Origin: Eledone cirrhosa
Taxonomy: Eukaryota
Assembly (NCBI GenBank): GCA_964016885.1
Contig: OZ024759.1
Coordinates: forward strand, 29,326,001 to 29,390,000
Length of the DNA: 64,000 nucleotides
Reading direction: 5' to 3'
The position numbers and the translations under genes are program-made. Below, piece after piece: positions 1 to 13,757 of this stretch (within the stretch, counting starts at the first letter, position 1; the number at the start of each line of letters is the position of its first letter). Below the pieces are notes generated by a model that saw only the letters and a list, made by a program, of their open reading frames with translations, had not been told where the DNA came from and did not search any database.

Positions 1-895
1 TGTCGATGGACAAGATCCCAGACCTCGTTTATTTAGTGAGTGGGGTGGAACTCTTCAAATTGAACCAAGGAAACAATGTTTCCATTGGTCTTTCCATTGC
101 CAGTACTATCTACTGGTTGCAACTCCTGGCAGAAAGAATGTAAAATAAAGTGTCTTGCTCAAGGACATAATGCGCCGCCTGGTCTAGGAATCGAACTTAC
201 AACCTCACAATTCTGAATCCAATTTTCCAACCAGCAAGCTTCGTCCTTACACAGTCAATTTTTTTTTGTTTTAATTTTTTACATTTTTGTTAACATTATA
301 TCACACTTTTTACACACAAAACAAACACATTGCACTGTTTTGTTGTCTTTGATGTTTTCTTTATGTCAACCCTTGTGGCTGATAAATCAATATTATTACT
401 AAATAGGCAAAGTTATTATAAGAGCGGTGGATTGACAGTGTCAGTAGAGAGTCACACAACATACTTTGTGACATAGTTACAGCCCTTTACCTTCTGGGGT
501 CAATTTCATTAACATTCCCTCCCCAAATTGTTGGCCAAGGGCAGTGAATTGGTAATATCGGAAGAGCATCGGACAACATTCTTTGTGACATAGAGTTACA
601 ATCCTTTTCCTTTGTTTTTTGAGTTCAAGTCCTGCCGAGGTTAGCTTTGCTAATTTGGGGTAATTGCTGGCCTTGTGCCAAAAGTAGAAGCACATTATTA
701 TATCTAAAGTCCACCGTTTATTCTTTGGGGTATGGGGGAGGGGGGTCGATAAATTAAAGTACCAGTCAAGTTATATGGGTATGTGTGTGTGCATGTGTTA
801 GATACGTGCATGTGTGTTTGATATCGTGTATGTATTTATATGTGTTAGATCGTATGTGTGTGGTTTACACATGTATAATGTCATGCATGTTTACA

Positions 896-926
<31 letters not shown>

Positions 927-3349
927 TTTTTTTTTTTTTCATAATTTTACGTCCGCTTTCCCCTGCTTGTAAGGGTGGGACGGGAACTGATTCTGGCTTA
1001 ATTTCTACAGCTGGATGCCCTTCCTAACACCAACCTCATTTACAGTGAGTGCTGGGTGCTTTTTTGCCGTGGCACCTCCACGAGCACTTTGCAGTGGAAT
1101 GTTTTAGGGTTTGTGGTGGGTCTTTCTGTCCCCCTCCCCTCAAGCTGTATTACAGCATATTTTCCCTCCGCCCCGTCCCACATACACACTGTCCCACTTA
1201 TTCCATGCATTTGGGCCAGAAGTTGGGGATCCAGCCACACACACACACACACTCTCTCCTATTCTCTCTTTTTCTTCACTTTTTCTCCATTTTTCCTTCA
1301 CACACACTCTTTCTCCCCCCCTCTCTCTCTCTATTATACTCACTTTTCTTTTGGTCTCTCTCTCCTTCACTCACTCAGCCTCTCTCCTTCACACACCCAC
1401 CCTCTCTCCTTCACACACCCACCCTCTCTCCTTCACACACCCACCCTCTCTCCTTCACACACCCACCCCCTCCTTCACTCACTCAGCCCCTCTCCTTCAC
1501 TTACGATCTCTCTTTCTCTATCGTCCTCTCCTGTCTCACTCTTTCTACTTCACGCACACCTACCAATACACGGACTTTGTTACTTTGCTTCCATAAACCA
1601 TATAACATCAAGATGTAGGGAGGGGGTAGTGGAGATTACTCCAGAAACCCCTCCACTCTCACCTCCACCCCACTCCCTAAAATTGGTGTGACTCAGAGTA
1701 TTAGTAATATTCAAGCTGTGTGTATGTATGGTATTTCCTACCATCGCCGCCATTACCATTACCACTACAACCAACAACCACCACTACCACCATCACCACT
1801 ACCACCATCAACAAGAGCAACAACAACCACCACCATCACTACATCTTCCTCACCCTTTCATAGACTTCTGTGGTTGTGAAGGTGTGTGGCCTAGTGGTTA
1901 GGCTTGTGACCCTATTGGTTGTGATTCCGCTCATTGGACTGGACAGTGTGTTGTCTTCTTGAGCAAGACACTTCATTTCCTGTTGCTTTTCATGATAAGA
2001 CTGGGGTCCCTGTCATTAAAACAGCAAAGAAACTGCCTATGAGATGCAACCTTATAGGAGGCCAGTTAAACCTACATAAGTGTAAGCTGCAAGAACAACT
2101 ACACTATAGGGTTGAGGCCCCTATTATTAAAACACCCAAGAAACTTCCTATGAGACACAGGCTTAAATGAGAACAGAACTTACATAGGTGTGAGTTAAAC
2201 ATCCCCCCAGTTCCCTCCACATAAAAACAGTTGTCATTGGTAGTCTTAGACCATAGATCTGCTCTGTCAGAGTTGACCCAGGGCTAAATAAGCAATCTTT
2301 GTTTTGTTTTTTTGTTCTTCTTGTTTAGCCCCAGATTAGCCATGGTTATAGTGGTGGTGGTTGGAATGGTAGTGGTAGTGGCAATGCTGGTGGTGGTGAT
2401 GGTGGGTGTTATAATAGTGGTGTTGATTGTAATGGTAATGGTGGAGGTGAAGGTGATTGTAAAAGTTATGTTGTTGTTTAGCCCCATGTCCACCTTCTCT
2501 AATGAAATGGAGTCCAAACGTGACCACCCTGTCCTCATCCAGACTATATTGTTTAATATGTCCTTTTTTAAAAGATGGTAATATGTGATATAGGGAAGTC
2601 ATGGCTGCTATTTCTTCCAGGTGAATTGACCAAACCATGTAGAGGCTTGCAGAAGTACTACTGCAGGTGGCTGGTGGCAGTGGTTGTAATAGTAGAGGTG
2701 GTGGTGGTGGTAGTAAAAGTGATGGTTGTAGTGGTTGTCATAGTAGAGGTAGTGGTGGTGGTACTAGAGGCAATGGAGGTGTTAGTGAAGGTGGTGGTGG
2801 TAGTAGTGTTGCTGGTGGCAGTAGTAGTAGTAGTAGCAGCAGCTGTAGTTTTGGTTGTTGTTGGTGAGGTGATGGTGGATGTAGTAGCAGTAGCAGCTAT
2901 GATGGCGGTAGTAGCAATAGTTGTGATGGCCATAGTAATGGTGATAGTAGTAGCGGTAGCAGCAATAGTACTGGTGGTGGTGGTAGCAGCAATAGTACTG
3001 GTGGTGGTAGTGGTAGTAGAGGTGGTAAACTATCTTCTCTCTCCCCAGATATGTGTAAATAACTGTCATATTTTATATGTAACAGTTCCTATTTCAATGG
3101 AAGTATTGCTGATATGGAATAATGCAGCCTTTCAGCTCTCTCTCTCTCTCTCTCTGTCTTTTCCTTTTGTACTCCTTCCTCTCTCTTACTCTCTGTTTCT
3201 CTCACCTTTCTCCCTCACTCTCCTTCCCCTATCTTTTTCGCTCTCCTTGCTCTCTCTCCCCTTCCATCCATCTTTGTCTTCCCTTCTCTCCCCTCTTACC
3301 CCCTTCTCTCTCTTCTGTCTCTTCCCTCTTCCTTTGTTTCTCTTCTTCC

Positions 3350-3383
<34 letters not shown>

Positions 3384-3599
3384 CCCCTCCCTGCTCTCAC
3401 TTTAACAATTGTTGCTCTATTCAATTACATTTTCTACTCCAATGAAATATTTGAAATGGAGGTGGGGGTGGCGTTGGCGATGGATGGTGTGGATGTTGGT
3501 GGTTTATGGTGTGGTGGTAGTGATGGATGGCGGAGTAGTGGTGGTGATGAATTAGTGAATGGTATGTATGGTGTGGTGATAGTGTAGTGGTGGGAATTA

Positions 3600-4175
3600 T
3601 GATGGTGATAGTGTTGGTGGTAGATTTAGTAAATAGTATGTATGGTGATAGTGTTGATGGTAGATTTAGTAAATAGTATGTATGGTGTGATGGTGATAGT
3701 GTTGGTGGTAGATTTAGTAAATAGTATGTATGGTGTTGTGGTGATGGTGATAGTGTTGGTGGTAGATTTAGTAAATAGTATGTATGGTGTTGTAGTGATA
3801 GTGTTGGTGGTAGATTTAGTAAATAGTATGTATGGTGTTATGGTGATAGTGTTGGTGGTAGATTTAGTAAATAGTATGTATGGTGATAGTGTTGGTGGTA
3901 GATTTAGTAAATAGTATGTATGGTGTTGTGGTGATAGTCTTGGTGTTGGTGGTAGATTTAGTAAATAGTATGTATGGTGATAGTGTTGGTGGTAGATTTA
4001 GTAAATAGTATGTATGGTGTTATGGTGATAGTGTTGGTGGTAGATTTAGTAAATAGTATGTATGGTGATAGTGTTGGTGGTAGATTTAGTAAATAGTATG
4101 TATGGTGATAGTGTTGGTGGTAGATTTAGTAAATAGTATGTATGGTGATAGTGTTGGTGGTAGATTTAGTGAATG
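3600..4175. repeat. Minisatellite GGTGATAGTGTTGGTGGTAGATTTAGTAAATAGTATGTAT (~40-50 bp variants)
   Basis: About 13 visible tandem copies. Confidence 0.92.
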
Positions 4176-7100
4176 GTAGGGTGGTGGTGGTGTGTGGAAT
4201 GGTATATATGGTGTGGTGATGGTATATATGGTGTGGTGATGGTGGTGTGTGGAATGGAAAAATTTCTTGCTAAAGCAATTAGATTATTTTACTGTCAATT
4301 TCCTATTGCAGTCCATTATTATACCTTTAAAAACATTATCAATAACTACTGTATTCAATATCTTTATAATATTATTATATTATGGTTAATATAACAATTT
4401 TACATGTGTTTTATACGAACCCTTTGTGGTTTATAAAGAAATTATATCATGATTATTAGTATTTAAAATGTTTTGCTGTTTTTAATTCAAATATTTAGTA
4501 AATTTTTTGACTCTATTTATACATGTGTGCATTTATATATACACACACATATGTATACACACTTCACACACATACATACACCTATATCTATGTATGTACC
4601 TATATCTGCATGTGTGTGTATACATACATACATACATGAAATATTGATATTTGTCTACCTTACTCACTCTATTGGATATTTTGCTACTGAGGAACATTGA
4701 AACAAACAGCCCTTTGTTGTATGTAATAGTAGTAGTAGTAGTGGTGATGTATATATGCAGTAGTAGTAGTAGTAGTGATGTATGTATGTATGCAGTAATA
4801 GTAGTATTAGTAATGGTAGTAGTAGTTAGGTATGTATATACATGTAGTTGTATATTAGCAGCAGTAGTAGTAGTAGTAGTAGTAGTAGTTGTGTGTATGT
4901 GTGTCTGTCACCTAAAAGGCCAAATGAATGGTAGAGTGAAGGGCAAGCAACCACCTTACAGTTTATGTATTAATGTGTGTGTGTGTGTACGTGTGTGTGT
5001 GCATGTGCAACTGTTCACGTACATCATTTTAAACGTCTTCACTGTTGTACGGCTATTTTCCATTCTTGCATGGATTAGAAGTGGGGGTGGTGATGGCTTG
5101 ACTGGACTGGGCCATCACATTCCCAGGCTAGACCAAGTCAGATGAACCATGCCTCATCCATACTCTCTATTTTTGCGTGGTTCGTACGGTTGGATGCCCC
5201 TCTTAATATGTCTATCAGATTTAGAACAGGTGCACTGTATCCCTGTATGTTGTAAGAAGAGACTGAAAAGATTGAGGCCAGGAAAGGCAACCGGCTGTAA
5301 CACATTGCCTCATAAAGTCCCGTTCGACCAATGCCAACTTGGAAAAGTAGATATAAAAATGGTGATTGTGTGTGTGTATATATATATATAATCTCTACAA
5401 ATAATCAGTGTTGGTTGCTGAAGCAATCGACTGTCTGTAGTGTAATCAGATGTAAGCACTCCATGGTATAGGTACTATAAGGTATAAGGTACCAGACAGT
5501 GTGTTAGTATTATAAAAAAGAAGAGAGATGGTATTATACATTCATCTTCAGTTTATTACATCATCCTGTTATGCACATTTCTAAGACATGAAAGTCACTG
5601 TGTAACAATTATTTGATGTGTTGTCATCAGACAGGTTATTTGGTTTTTGATATGCTCGCCATTGTATGGAACTTAATGTTGGCTGTCTGGCTACAAGCAA
5701 GCATATATATAAATAAATACATATAATTTTAAATGATATATAACAAGATATATCAATTGAGAAAGTGCTCAATTGATATATATTGCTATATATCATTTAA
5801 ACTTGTATGATTGATGCTCTGAACTGGTGTTCATGGAGCTTTTTATTGAAAAACATAATTGATATGTATCAACTAAAGCTAAAATTAGTACACCGTCATC
5901 TCTCCGTTTTCTTGCTAGCAAGGTTGGATGTGGATGGTTCATAACAATAACACCGATTAAATACTGACTTGGTCTGACCTCACTTAGTTGGTAACTGTTA
6001 TCTTGGCACAAACACTAGGAAGGTTGTCATGTCCTCTCAACTTTTTGTTTGGGCAGTAGATAATGCTTTCATCATTGAAAAAAAATTTGATTCATACACA
6101 AGTATACAATAAATACATACATAAAAAGATAAAGCCCCAAATCCCTGGACCTCAAGTCATTGGTATAGCTTCACAATTGTAATAAATTATGTGTGTGTGT
6201 GTGTGTGTGTGTTTGTTTGTCTGTCTGTGTGTGGTGTGTAGATAAGGATTTTACCAGTTTTAAACTAGTTAGACCATTATTCAACAGAGTACTCGAACCA
6301 TTATTCAACAGAGTACTCGGTATTTGGGATAGTAGAGTGTAAATATATTAGACCAGTTTCGACAGCAAATTCCAGAAACAAAATTTGCTGGAATTTGCTC
6401 TCAAACGGCAAGAGCACAGCTGTCAGAGCCCTGACTCTCTAATATATATATATAAAAAAAGAGTTAGGACCCCAATGGCAGAGCTCCGGCCGTTTTGGCA
6501 GCTAGATCCGAACTGTTGGAGCTTTGCCGTCGGGGTCCTGACTCTTTTTCCTATTACCCACTCTACCACCCTAAGTATCGAGTACTCTGGTATCTTACCA
6601 CACTTTCTTTGTTATATATATATATATATTCATTTTATTAAGGCTAAACAGTGAGTATTCTAGAAGCTGGCGAAACTCCTGAGTAACAAGACTTGCTATT
6701 TAGCCTTAATAAAATGAATATTTTAATACTACATTGGTATTGAGTACTCGTTTCTCTCAGCAACTATATATGTATATAGTTTTTGTTTTTAATGTAAAAA
6801 TTCTCAATACATTCTTGTAATAGAAATGTGGATAGTGATATGTGTATGTTATATGTAAGGTAATCAATTATATATACCATGGTTTTCATTCAGTCAATCT
6901 CTGTACATTTCTGTGTATATATATATATGTGTATGTATATGGGTGTCTATATATATTAATATGTATGTACATGAATATGTATACACATTCATGCACACGC
7001 ATACCCTATCAAATATAAAATTTGTTTATTAATTTTCTTTACAACATAGACATGATGTTTCAGCAAAGCAAGTTGATAGCTTATGCAGCTTCTATACATA

Positions 7101-9431
7101 TCACTGTGTTTCACTGTTTCACTGAAAACATTTCTAATATTTTTACCCATCATTGTTGTTTTGGCATTTCACGTTCACCCAGAGAAAAAAATGAAGAAAT
7201 ATTATAAAAATTTTCCCCAAGATAAAAAAAAAAGAAACATTTTAAGACTTTTATGATGTTGTTTCGCTAACCTTATTGTGCTTACCATATATATTCATGT
7301 AAAAGTCAAGCCCTTAATTTTTGCCAAAAAATTTGCATTTTTCCATGTATCTCATGAAAAATTCGACTCCCCTCTATTTATTCCAAAAAGTTTAGATATT
7401 TGCCTGCTCCTCTTGCAAGAGTTGACTCTAGTTCTTCAGACAACAGAACTACATTCTACCAATCCAATCAAGTTTTTATCCTGAACATAAAATGTTATGC
7501 TGTGGAAATTAATGTTTCTACACTGCCATGTCCTGATGTTTGCAGGTCGAAATATTTAGATAAGCTCCACTGCCATATTTATGTTTGAGCAGCGCGAAAT
7601 GTGTTTGATACATAGTTTGGTGGATTGGTAGAACGTCAGACAACATGCTTTGTAGCATACAGTTATGGCCCTTTACAGTCTGAGTTCAAATCCCGCCAAG
7701 GTTAGCTTTGCCTTTCATCCTTATTGGTCGATAAAATAAGTACCAATAATACACCGGGGTCAGTTTAATCAACTTTCCCCTCCCCCCAAATTGTTGACCT
7801 CGTGTCTAAATCAGAAACCGCTATTGATGGCTGTGGATTGGCAGTATCGGTAGAGCGTTGGACAACATGCTTCGTAGCCTATAGTTACGTTCTGAGTTCA
7901 AATCGTGTCAAGTTAAGCTTTACGAGGGGTTGCTAAAATAGAGTACTCGTATTGCACTGGAGTTGATTTAACTGACATTCCCAGCATCACAAAATTGTTG
8001 GCCTTGTGCCTAAATCAGAAACCATTATTACTGATTTATAGGGTGATGAATTGGCAAAATCGGTAGAGCATCAGACAAAATACTTTGTGATATATCTCAC
8101 CAAGGTCAACGTTGTCTTCATCCTTCTAGGGGTCAATAAAAAAAAAATACCAGTAAAGTACTGGTAATGGACTTTCCTAGCACCACAGATTGCTGGGCTT
8201 GTGGCTAAATTACATATCATGCCCCCCCCCCCCCCCACACTTATTTTTGAAAATCAATTCAAAGTCCATTTAAGGCCTTTGATTCTTGATATGGCATTTT
8301 GGATTGCAGTGTTGATTTCAGCCCTTTAAAAAAAAACAAAAAAACCTTTAATTTAAACCCTATCCCACTAAAAAAAAAAAATGACTTTCACATAAGTGTA
8401 TATGGTAAATACATTTGATTTGGCACTTAAGCAGTTTCCAATATTTTCACTCTTCATGTAGTTCCAGTATTTCACGTTCACCAAGAAAGACAAAATTCCC
8501 TTACCCCGGAAAAAAATCCGGGGACTTCTCTAACATGTTGTTTTCCCCCTCTCCCCCAGTCTGATGTGGCACGGTAGATTCACAGTTCCTTTAGAATTCC
8601 AACTTCACCACGTACTTCACACCTGATATAGTTAATATATTCCTGCAGAAATTACAGGCAGAAATGGCAAATTTTACTCTGACAGAATGATAGCAGCAAT
8701 CTCTACTTCTTCCCTTTTCCACTTCCCCCTCCTACCTTATTTTGTTCCCCGCCTCCCTTGATTTTTCCTTTGTTTTTCACCCCCACCCTACCACGTCCAT
8801 CACCAGCCTTTTTTCAATATATTTTTCATTTTTCTTTAACCCTTTCGTTACCATATTTCTAATGAAAGACACTGCCTTTGATTTTAAAAATAATTTTGAA
8901 AAATAACCAAGAATTTGGATGGATTTAGTAATTTAACTAATTTTCTGTTAGCAAATTAAGCTGGTGTTTACTTACAAAGGTTTTTAAATTAACTTAACAA
9001 AGGTTTTTAAATTAACTTAACAAAGGTTTTTAAATTAACTTAACAAAGGTTTTTAAATTAAAAATTATGATGGAAAGTTTTTAAATAAATATAAACACTA
9101 TATAAAAAAAAAAACAAAAAACAAAAAAAAAAAAAATGGCTTCGTATAATAGGACCTGGAGGCGGTCCCAGGCAGTTTGGTATCGAAACGATTAAATTAA
9201 ACAATTTTTCTTATTTCTTCCCTATTTTCATATTTTCTCTGATTTTTTTCTTCCTCCAGAAAATTTTATTTAAAAAAAAAATAAAAAAAATTTTTTTAAA
9301 TAAAATTTTTTTTCTTTTGCCATAAAAAAAAAAAAAAATAGAACAAACATATTTAAAAAAAAAAAAAATATATATATATATAAAAAGAAGAAAAAATCCA
9401 AAAAACACCCACCTCCCGTATTTTATCGTAG

Positions 9432-9557
9432 ATTGATGCTATCACCTCAGAATCCATGATTGCAGAATCGGATCCCGGAACTGACTCCCTCATGCCAGAC
9501 AATGTGGACAAGGATATTGAGTCCCCGCCAACTTTGAATTTAGCGTGCTCGCAGAAC
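9432..9557 (+). CDS. Candidate alternative exon of the B55 gene (42 codons, IDAITSESMIAESDPGTDSLMPDNVDKDIESPPTLNLACSQN)
   Basis: Non-repetitive island in A/T tracts; tag| before 9432 and strong |GTGAGT after 9557; open, phase 0/0, compatible with the exon at 14817; in-frame ATG at 9456. Confidence 0.5.
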
Positions 9558-9708
9558 GTGAGTCCCAGAATTTAGCATTATTCCAAGATGTTTATTATCA
9601 TTATCATTCCCCTCTTCATGTTTTTTTTTTGTGCTTTTTTTTTTTGCTGTTGATGTTGATGCTTTTGTTTTTTTCTTTTTTTTTTTTTTTATTTTTTTTA
9701 TTTTAAAA

Positions 9709-10135
9709 ACTTAATAGTCATCTAAACTTCATAGTCACTTAAACTTTATAGTCACCTTAACTTCATAGTCATCTAAACTTAATAGTCATCTATACTTTGT
9801 AGTCACCTAAACTTTATAGTCATCTATACTTTGTAGTCACCTAAACTTTGTAGTCACCTAAACTTTATAGTCATCTAAATTTTGTAGTCACCTAAACTTT
9901 GTAGTCATCTAAACTTTGTAGTCACCTAAACTTTGTAGTCACCTAAACTTTGTAGTCACCTAAACTTTATAGTCACCTAAACTTTGTAGTCACCTAAACT
10001 TTATAGTCACCTAAACTTTATAGTCACCTAAACTTTATCGTCACCTAAACTTTATAGTCACCTAAATTTTATCGTCACCTAAACTTTATCGTCACCTAAA
10101 CTTTATTGTCATCTAAACATTATAGTCATCTAAAA
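9709..10135. repeat. 17-bp minisatellite TAGTCACCTAAACTTTR
   Basis: About 25 tandem copies. Confidence 0.93.
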
Positions 10136-10446
10136 TTATATGTAAATCTGGCTATATTTTAAAAATTTAACTAAGTCACAATTTTATTTTTATTCTGATC
10201 ATCATCATCAAATAGGGTGTAAGACTCACAATCATTAGGCTGTGGTTTGAGTCCTGGATTAGGCAACGTGTTGTGTTTTTGTGCAGGATGCTTCATTTCA
10301 TGTTGCTTTTCATGATAGGACTGGGGCCTCTATAATTAAGACACCCAGGAAACCTCCTATGGGATTAAACCTCATTGGGGATCATTTAAACCTTTATAGG
10401 TGTGAGCTGTAGATTTAATTTTTAAAAATTTCATTATCATTATCAT

Positions 10447-13400
10447 CATTACAGTGTGTACTGGGAGCATAGTTTCTATAGATGGATGTCCTTCTTAACA
10501 CCAACCACATTACAGTGTGTACTGGGAGCATAGTTTCTATAGCTGGATGTCCTTCTTAACACCAACCACATTACAGTGTGTACTGGGAGCATAGTTTCTA
10601 TAGCTATATGTCCTTCTTAACACCAACCACATTACAGTGTGTACTGGGAGCATAGTTTCTATAGCTGTATGTCCTTCTTAACACCAACCACGTTACAGTG
10701 TGTACTGGGAGCATAGTTTCTATAGATGGATGTCCTTCTTAACACCAACCACATTACAGTGTGTACTGGGAGCATAGTTTCTATAGATGGATGTCCTTCT
10801 TAACACCAACCACATTACAGTGTGTACTGGGAGCATAGTTTCTATAGCTGTATGTCCTTCTTAACACCAACCACATTACAGTGTGTACTGGGAGCATAGT
10901 TTCTATAGCTGGATGTCCTTCTTAACACCAACCACATTACAGTGTGTACTGGGAGCATAGTTTCTATAGCTGTATGTCCTTCTTAACACCAACCACGTTA
11001 CAGTGTGTACTGGGAGCATAGGTTCTATAGCTGGATGTCCTTCTTAACACCAACCACATTATAGTGTGTACTGGGAGCATAGGTTCTATAGCTGGATGTC
11101 CTTCTTAACACCAACCACATTACAGTGTGTACTGGGAGCATAGTTTCTATAGATGGATGTCCTTCTTAACACCAACCACATTACAGTGTGTACTGGGAGC
11201 ATAGTTTCTATAGATGGATGTCCTTCTTAACACCAACCACATTACAGTGTGTACTGGGAGCATAGTTTCTATAGATGGATGTCCTTCTTAACACCAACCA
11301 CATTACAGTGTGTACTGGGAGCATAGTTTCTATAGCTGGATGTCCTTCTTAACACCAACCACATTACAGTGTGTACTGGGAGCATAGTTTCTATAGCTGT
11401 ATGTCCTTCTTAACACCAACCACATTACAGTGTGTACTGGGAGCATAGTTTCTATAGCTGGATGTCCTTCTTAACACCAACCACATTACAGTGTGTACTG
11501 GGAGCATAGGTTCTATAGCTGGATGTCCTTCTGAACACCAACCACATTACAGTGTGTACTGGGAGCATAGGTTCTATAGATGGATGTCCTTCTTAACACC
11601 AACCACATTACATTGTGTACTGGGAGCATAGGTTCTATAGATGGATGTCCTTCTTAACACCAACCACATTACAGAGTGTACTGGGAGCATAGTTTCTATA
11701 GCTGGATGTCCTTCTTAACACCAACCACATTACAGTGTGTACTGTGAGCATAGTTTCTATAGATGGATGTCCTTAACACCAACCACATTACAGAGTGTAC
11801 TGGGAGCATAGTTTCTATAGCTGTATGTCCTTCTTAACACCAACCACATTACAGTGTGTACTGGGAGCATAGTTTCTATAGCTGGATGTCCTTCTTAACA
11901 CCAACCACATTACAGTGTGTACTGGGAGCATAGGTTCTATAGCTGGATGTCCTTCTTAACACCAACCACATTACAGTGTGTACTGGGAGCATAGTTTCTA
12001 TAGCTGGATGTCCTTCTTAACACCAACCACATTACAGTGTGTACTGGGAGCATAGGTTCTATAGCTGGATGTCCTTCTTAACACCAACCACATTATAGTG
12101 TGTACTGGGAGCATAGGTTCTATAGCTGGATGTCCTTCTTAACACCAACCACATTACAGTGTGTACTGGGAGCATAGGTTCTATAGCTGGATGTCCTTCT
12201 TAACACCAACCACATTACAGTGTGTACTGGGAGCATAGGTTCTATAGCTGGATGTCCTTCTTAACACCAACCACATTACAGTGTGTACTGGGAGCATAGG
12301 TTCTATAGCTGGATGTCCCTAACACCAACCACATTATAGTGTGTACTGGGAGCATAGGTTCTATAGCTGGATGTCCTTCTTAACACCAACCACATTACAG
12401 TGTGTACTGGGAGCATAGTTTCTATAGCTGGATGTCCTTCTTAACACCAACCACATTACAGTGTGTACTGGGAGCATAGGTTCTATAGCTGGATGTCCTT
12501 CTTAACACCAACCACATTACAGTGTGTACTGGGATCATAGTTTCTATAGCTGTATGTCCTTCTTAACACCAACCACATTATAGTGTGTACTGGGAGCATA
12601 GTTTCTATAGCTGGATGTCCTTCTTAACACCAACCACATTACAGTGTGTACTGGGAGCATAGTTTCTATAGCTGTATGTCCTTCTTAACACCAACCACAT
12701 TACAGTGTGTACTGGGAGCATAGTTTCTATAGATGGATGTCCTTCTTAACACCAACCACATTACAGTGTGTACTGGGAGCATAGTTTCTATAGCTGTATG
12801 TCCTTCTTAACACCAACCACATTACAGTGTGTACTGGGAGCATAGGTTCTATAGCTGGATGTCCCTAACACCAACCACATTATAGTGTGTACTGGGAGCA
12901 TAGGTTCTATAGCTGGATGTCCTTCTTAACACCAACCACATTACAGTGTGTACTGGGAGCATAGGTTCTATAGCTGGATGTCCTTCTTAACACCAACCAC
13001 ATTACAGAGTGTACTGGGAGCATAGTTTCTATAGCTGGATGTCCTTCTTAACACCAACCACATTACAGTGTGTACTGGGAGCATAGGTTCTATAGCTGGA
13101 TGTCCTTCTTAACACCAACCACATTACAGAGTGTACTGGGAGCATAGTTTCTATAGCTGGATGTCCTTCTTAACACCAACCACATTACAGTGTGTACTGG
13201 GAGCATAGTTTCTATAGATGGATGTCCTTCTTAACACCAACCACATTACAGAGTGTACTGGGAGCATAGTTTCTATAGCTGGATGTCCTTCTTAACACCA
13301 ACCACATTACAGAGTGTACTGGGAGCATAGTTTCTATAGCTGGATGTCCTTCTTAACACCAGCTACATTACAGTGTGTACTGGGAGCATAGTTTCTATAG

Positions 13401-13757
13401 CTGTATGTCCTTCTTAACACCAACCACATTACAGTGTGTACTGGGAGCATAGTTTCTATAGCTGGATGTCCTTCTTAACACCAGCTACATTACAGTGTGT
13501 ACTGGGAGCATAGTTTCTATAGCTGGATGTCCTTCTTAACACCAACCACATTACAGTGTGTACTGGGAGCATAGTTTCTATAGCTGGATGTCCTTCTTAA
13601 CACCAACCACATTATAGTGTGTACTGGGAGCATAGTTTCTATAGCTGGATGTCCTTCTTAACACCAACCACTTTACAGTGTGTACTGGGAGCATAGGTTC
13701 TATAGCTGGATGTCCTTCTTAACACCAACCACATTACAGTGTGTACTGGGAGCATTT
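10447..13757. repeat. 61-bp minisatellite, about 54 copies, SINE-derived unit
   Basis: Unit CATTACAGTGTGTACTGGGAGCATAGTTTCTATAGCTGGATGTCCTTCTTAACACCAACCA. Confidence 0.97.

Noticed and set aside
1049-3445. Long ORFs rich in V, T, H, S or L (also YI-repeat ORFs at 26318-28855 and 58190-58738, and ORFs at 61485-63911)
   Set aside because: Translations of microsatellites and low-complexity tracts; no splice or homology support.
5595-5636. Possible decayed hammerhead on the minus strand (CTGATGA...CAAATAATTGTT)
   Set aside because: GAAA and stem II are missing; too degenerate to support.
1-9400. N-terminal B55 exons (WCFSQVKG, GDKGGRVV)
   Set aside because: Searched by eye and not found; presumed upstream of the window.
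10447-13757. CRISPR-like regular array
   Set aside because: Units are contiguous near-identical 61-mers with no unique spacers and no cas genes; eukaryotic minisatellite.
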